Of a stretch of DNA of 64,000 nucleotides, positions 60,830-64,000 are shown one piece after another. Numbering within the stretch: the stretch's first letter is position 1; every line of letters begins with the position of its first letter. This DNA comes from an uncultured Candidatus Rokubacteria bacterium. Its GTDB lineage: Bacteria > Methylomirabilota > Methylomirabilia > Rokubacteriales > CSP1-6. The notes under the pieces were generated by a model that did not search any database, was not told the origin of the DNA, and saw nothing but the letters and a program-made list of their open reading frames with translations. Location of the stretch: NCBI GenBank assembly GCA_963771355.1, contig CAVYTA010000006.1, positions 160,001-224,000 on the forward strand, written 5' to 3'. The position numbers were made by a program, and so were the translations under genes.

Positions 60830-62428
60830 ATGAGGCATCCTCGATTCCTGGCTCGCGGCCCGCATTACCTGTTGATCGTCGCCCTGATCCTGATTGCCGC
60901 TGCCGCGGTGGCCCTGTCGCTTTTCTCATCAGCCGGGGCACAGGCCAAGGGCAAGATCGTTCTCGCCTGGCATGCCGGCTTCGCCTCCCGGTGGCTCGAT
61001 CCTCAGGAGCACGACGGCACCGCCACGCCGGACAACTTCTTCACCGCGCTGCACGACGGCCTCATCAAGAACCAGGGGACGGCGCTCTTTGACCATCCCG
61101 CCCTGGCCGAGCGGTTCACCGTCGCCGCGGACGCGAAGAGCGCCACGTTCACGCTGCGCAAGGGGATCAAGTTCCACAACGGCGACCCGGTGACCCCGCA
61201 GGACGTCAAGTGGAGTTACGAGAGCTACCGGGGCGCCAAGGCCGACGTCTTCAAGAAGAAGACCGAGCGCGTCGAGATCGTGGACGACCGCACGATCCGT
61301 TTCGTCTTCAAGGAGCCCTTCCTCGACTTCGCCATCCTCTTCGGGACCGCCAATGTCGCCGCCCCCGGCTGGGTGGTGCCGGAGAAGTACTACAAGCAGG
61401 TGGGGCCCGACGGCTTCAAGCAGAAGCCCGTCGGCGCTGGTCCCTACAAGCTCGTCCGCCACGAGCCCGGTGTGAAGGTCGAGATGGAGGCCTTCGACGG
61501 GTACTACCGCCCCGTCAACGTGAAGCAGCTCGTCATGGTTTCGGTGCCCGAGGCGGCCACCCGCGTGGCCATGCTGGAGCGCGGCGAGGCGGACATCATC
61601 TACAACGTCCCCGGGGAGCTGATCGCCAAGGTCGGGAAGCTTCCCGGGGTCACGCTGGCGCCGGTGCTGTCCGGCTCGTTCTTCCTGGAGTTTCCCGGGT
61701 TCCAGGACCCGAAGAATCCGTTCCGCGACAAGCGCGTACGCGAAGCGGTGAGCCTCGCCATCGACCGGCGGGCCATGAACCAGGCGGAGACCGCCGGGAT
61801 GGGCAAGGTCACCGGCAACTGGATCAACGACGACGTCCAGTACGCGATCGAGTGGCCCGAGTTCCAGCGCAACGTGGAGAAGGCCAAGCATCTCCTGCGC
61901 GAAGCGGGCTATCCGAACGGGTTCGACGTGGACTGGGTCACGCCGCTGCCTGCTTTCTATTCGCGGGGCGAGCGCATCATCGCGCAGCTCCGCGAGGTCG
62001 GTATCCGCGGTAGGTTGCAGACCATGGAGCGGGGCATCTTCTTCCAGCGGCTCCAGGGCGGGCTCAAGGAGTTTCCCGGAACCCAGATCATCCTCCACGG
62101 CGTGAGGATCGCGGGAAGCTGGTCGTTCTGGTACGAGGGCTACTTCAAGTGTGGCGGCTTCAGCTCTCGTGATCGCATCTGCGTCAAGGACCTCGACGCC
62201 AAGTTCGAGCTGTACGAGCGCTCGATCAATCCCGCTGAGCGAAAGAAGCTCGCCGACGAGATCCAGCGCGGCATTCTCGAGAACTACTATCTCGTGCCGG
62301 TGTTCCGCCATGCGTTCGTCAACGCGATCGGCCCCCGTGTCGCCGCGCAGAAGTGGCAGGACGTCTTCCCGACCATCACCACCGGCTATGCCTATCCCTG
62401 GGAGGACCTGAAGGTGAAGGACCAGTAA
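60830..62428 (+). CDS. ABC substrate-binding protein, family 5
   Basis: LRKGIKFHNGDP, GAGPYK, RVREAVSLAIDR. Confidence 0.9.
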   Translation: MRHPRFLARGPHYLLIVALILIAAAAVALSLFSSAGAQAKGKIVLAWHAGFASRWLDPQEHDGTATPDNFFTALHDGLIKNQGTALFDHPALAERFTVAADAKSATFTLRKGIKFHNGDPVTPQDVKWSYESYRGAKADVFKKKTERVEIVDDRTIRFVFKEPFLDFAILFGTANVAAPGWVVPEKYYKQVGPDGFKQKPVGAGPYKLVRHEPGVKVEMEAFDGYYRPVNVKQLVMVSVPEAATRVAMLERGEADIIYNVPGELIAKVGKLPGVTLAPVLSGSFFLEFPGFQDPKNPFRDKRVREAVSLAIDRRAMNQAETAGMGKVTGNWINDDVQYAIEWPEFQRNVEKAKHLLREAGYPNGFDVDWVTPLPAFYSRGERIIAQLREVGIRGRLQTMERGIFFQRLQGGLKEFPGTQIILHGVRIAGSWSFWYEGYFKCGGFSSRDRICVKDLDAKFELYERSINPAERKKLADEIQRGILENYYLVPVFRHAFVNAIGPRVAAQKWQDVFPTITTGYAYPWEDLKVKDQ

Positions 62429-62438
62429 GGCCGTCGCC

Positions 62439-63359
62439 ATGGCGCAGTTCATCATCCGGCGCCTGCTCTACAGCGTCGTCACGATCTTCATCCTGAGCGC
62501 GACGATCTTCCTCATCGTGCGGCTCACCGGCGACCCCGTGGCCCTGATGGCGGAAGCCAGCGCGCGCCCCGAAGACCTCGACCGGATCCGTCACCTGTGG
62601 GGACTCGACCGCTCGTGGCCCGAGCAGTACGTCACCTTCATGCAGAACGCCTTCATGGGGGAGCTCGGCAAGTCCTTCAACTACCGGCTCCCGGTCACCG
62701 AGCTCTACTTTCAGCGGCTGCCCAACTCGTTGATCCTGGGTCTCGCCGCCACCCTCATTTCGCTCCTCATCGGCGTTCCCGCCGGCATCATCTCGGCGGT
62801 GAAGGTGAACACCTGGTGGGACAACGTCGCGAAGGGCGTCGCCCTGCTCGGCCTCTCGATCCCCGGCTTCTGGCTGGGGCTGGTGCTGATCCTCGTGTTC
62901 TCCGTCTGGCTGCGATGGCTGCCGACGTCCGGGGCCGGCGACTGGCGGCACGTCGTCATGCCCGCCCTTGCCCTCGGGTGGTACTTCGCCGCGTCGATGC
63001 TCAGGCTGACTCGCTCGAGCATGCTGGAGGTCCTGGGCAGCGAGTACATCAAGCTCGCCCGGCTCAAGGGGCTCCCGGACGTCGTGGTCATCGCCATGCA
63101 CGCGTTCAAGAATGCGCTCATCCCGGTCTTCACCCTGGCCGGCGTGAACATGGTGGTGATGGTCAATGCCGCCGTCATCATCGAGGTGATCTTCGCGTGG
63201 CCGGGGATCGGCCGGCTCCTCTACGAGGGCATCTTCCAGCGCGACTTCCCGCTCGTGCAGGGCGTCGTGATCATGGCCGGCTTCATGATCGTGGGGATCA
63301 ACCTGGTGGTGGACATCCTCTACGCCTTCATCGACCCGAGAATCCGACTCGCGAGGTAG
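62439..63359 (+). CDS. Dpp/Opp-type ABC permease (DppB-like)
   Basis: FIIRRLL, GDP, SIPGFWLG, RLTRSSMLEVL..EYIKLARLKG, DPRIR. Confidence 0.92.
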   Translation: MAQFIIRRLLYSVVTIFILSATIFLIVRLTGDPVALMAEASARPEDLDRIRHLWGLDRSWPEQYVTFMQNAFMGELGKSFNYRLPVTELYFQRLPNSLILGLAATLISLLIGVPAGIISAVKVNTWWDNVAKGVALLGLSIPGFWLGLVLILVFSVWLRWLPTSGAGDWRHVVMPALALGWYFAASMLRLTRSSMLEVLGSEYIKLARLKGLPDVVVIAMHAFKNALIPVFTLAGVNMVVMVNAAVIIEVIFAWPGIGRLLYEGIFQRDFPLVQGVVIMAGFMIVGINLVVDILYAFIDPRIRLAR

Positions 63360-63365
63360 GTGACG

Positions 63366-64000
63366 ATGGCCATCGCAGTGCGGACGCCGGTGGGCGAGGA
63401 AAGGGCCGCGAGGACGTTCTTCGCCGTCATCAAAGCGCTGCGGGAGGCGCCCCTGGTCGCGGTCGTCATCCTCGGCGGCTTCACGTTCGCGGCGGTCTTC
63501 GCCGGCCTCATCGCTCCGTATGACCCGACGCTTCCGGTGAAGGGCGCGAAGGTATTCGACCCGCCGGTCTGGATGGAGGGCGGCCAGTGGGCGACGCCGC
63601 TCGGGACCGACTTCCAGGGCCGGGACATCCTGAGCCGCCTGATCCACGGGGCGCGCGTGTCGCTGGTGGTGGGGTTGATGGGGACGCTCGTGGCGGGCGG
63701 CATCGGGACCGCGATGGGGATCCTCTCCGGGTACGTGGGCGGCTGGGTCGACCAGATCATCATGCGCGTGACCGATGCCTGGCTCGCCTTACCGGCAATC
63801 GTCTTCGCGATCTTCCTGGCCGCCCTGGTCGGGCCCAGCATGTGGAACATCATTGTCATCCTGGGCTCCGTGTACTGGACGCGGTACGCGCGCGTCATCC
63901 GGGGCGAGGTGCTGACGCTCCGGGAGCGGGAATTCGTGAAGCTGGCCGAGATCGCCGGCGCCAGCAAGCTGCGCGTGATCAAGCGGCACATCCTGCCGAA
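63366..64000 (+). CDS. Dpp/Opp-type ABC permease (DppC-like), 3' end outside window
   Basis: IAPYDP, PLGTDFQGRDILSRLIHGARVSL, YARVIRGEVLTLREREFV. Confidence 0.9.
   Translation, partial: MAIAVRTPVGEERAARTFFAVIKALREAPLVAVVILGGFTFAAVFAGLIAPYDPTLPVKGAKVFDPPVWMEGGQWATPLGTDFQGRDILSRLIHGARVSLVVGLMGTLVAGGIGTAMGILSGYVGGWVDQIIMRVTDAWLALPAIVFAIFLAALVGPSMWNIIVILGSVYWTRYARVIRGEVLTLREREFVKLAEIAGASKLRVIKRHILP

Overview
High-GC bacterial chromosomal window with about 52 genes, mostly catabolic or transport. Gene content resembles soil Rokubacteria/Methylomirabilota, but that assignment is inference only. It opens with a translationally coupled thrC + cystathionine gamma-synthase pair in which both enzymes look plant-type. 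Next come hpaB, an internally deleted GltI-like binding protein, an HtrA protease, an oxc/HACL-like ThDP enzyme with a class III CoA-transferase and MFS, and a TauD gene divergent from a lactonase-Rieske oxygenase-VOC-amidohydrolase operon. At about 15.8-21.1 kb lies a decayed integrative element: a tRNA-Glu-like 3' fragment, a probable serine-recombinase C-terminal remnant, a MalT/STAND-BTAD regulator and a secreted beta-propeller/FIMAH-like protein. The rest holds a split 2-oxoacid/acetoin dehydrogenase (E1alpha about 14 kb from E1beta-E2), a two-subunit molybdenum hydroxylase, a TRAP/PuuE-like/hydantoinase cluster, two PAS hybrid kinases (one coupled to an MBL-REC fusion), a GDSL hydrolase with a PEP-CTERM-like tail behind a sigma54-like promoter, and a peptide-type ABC transporter. 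Several genes carry single-base frameshifts that are probably read or assembly errors. No CRISPR array, rRNA or intact tRNA was seen. All family calls come from motif recognition by eye; no database searches were run.
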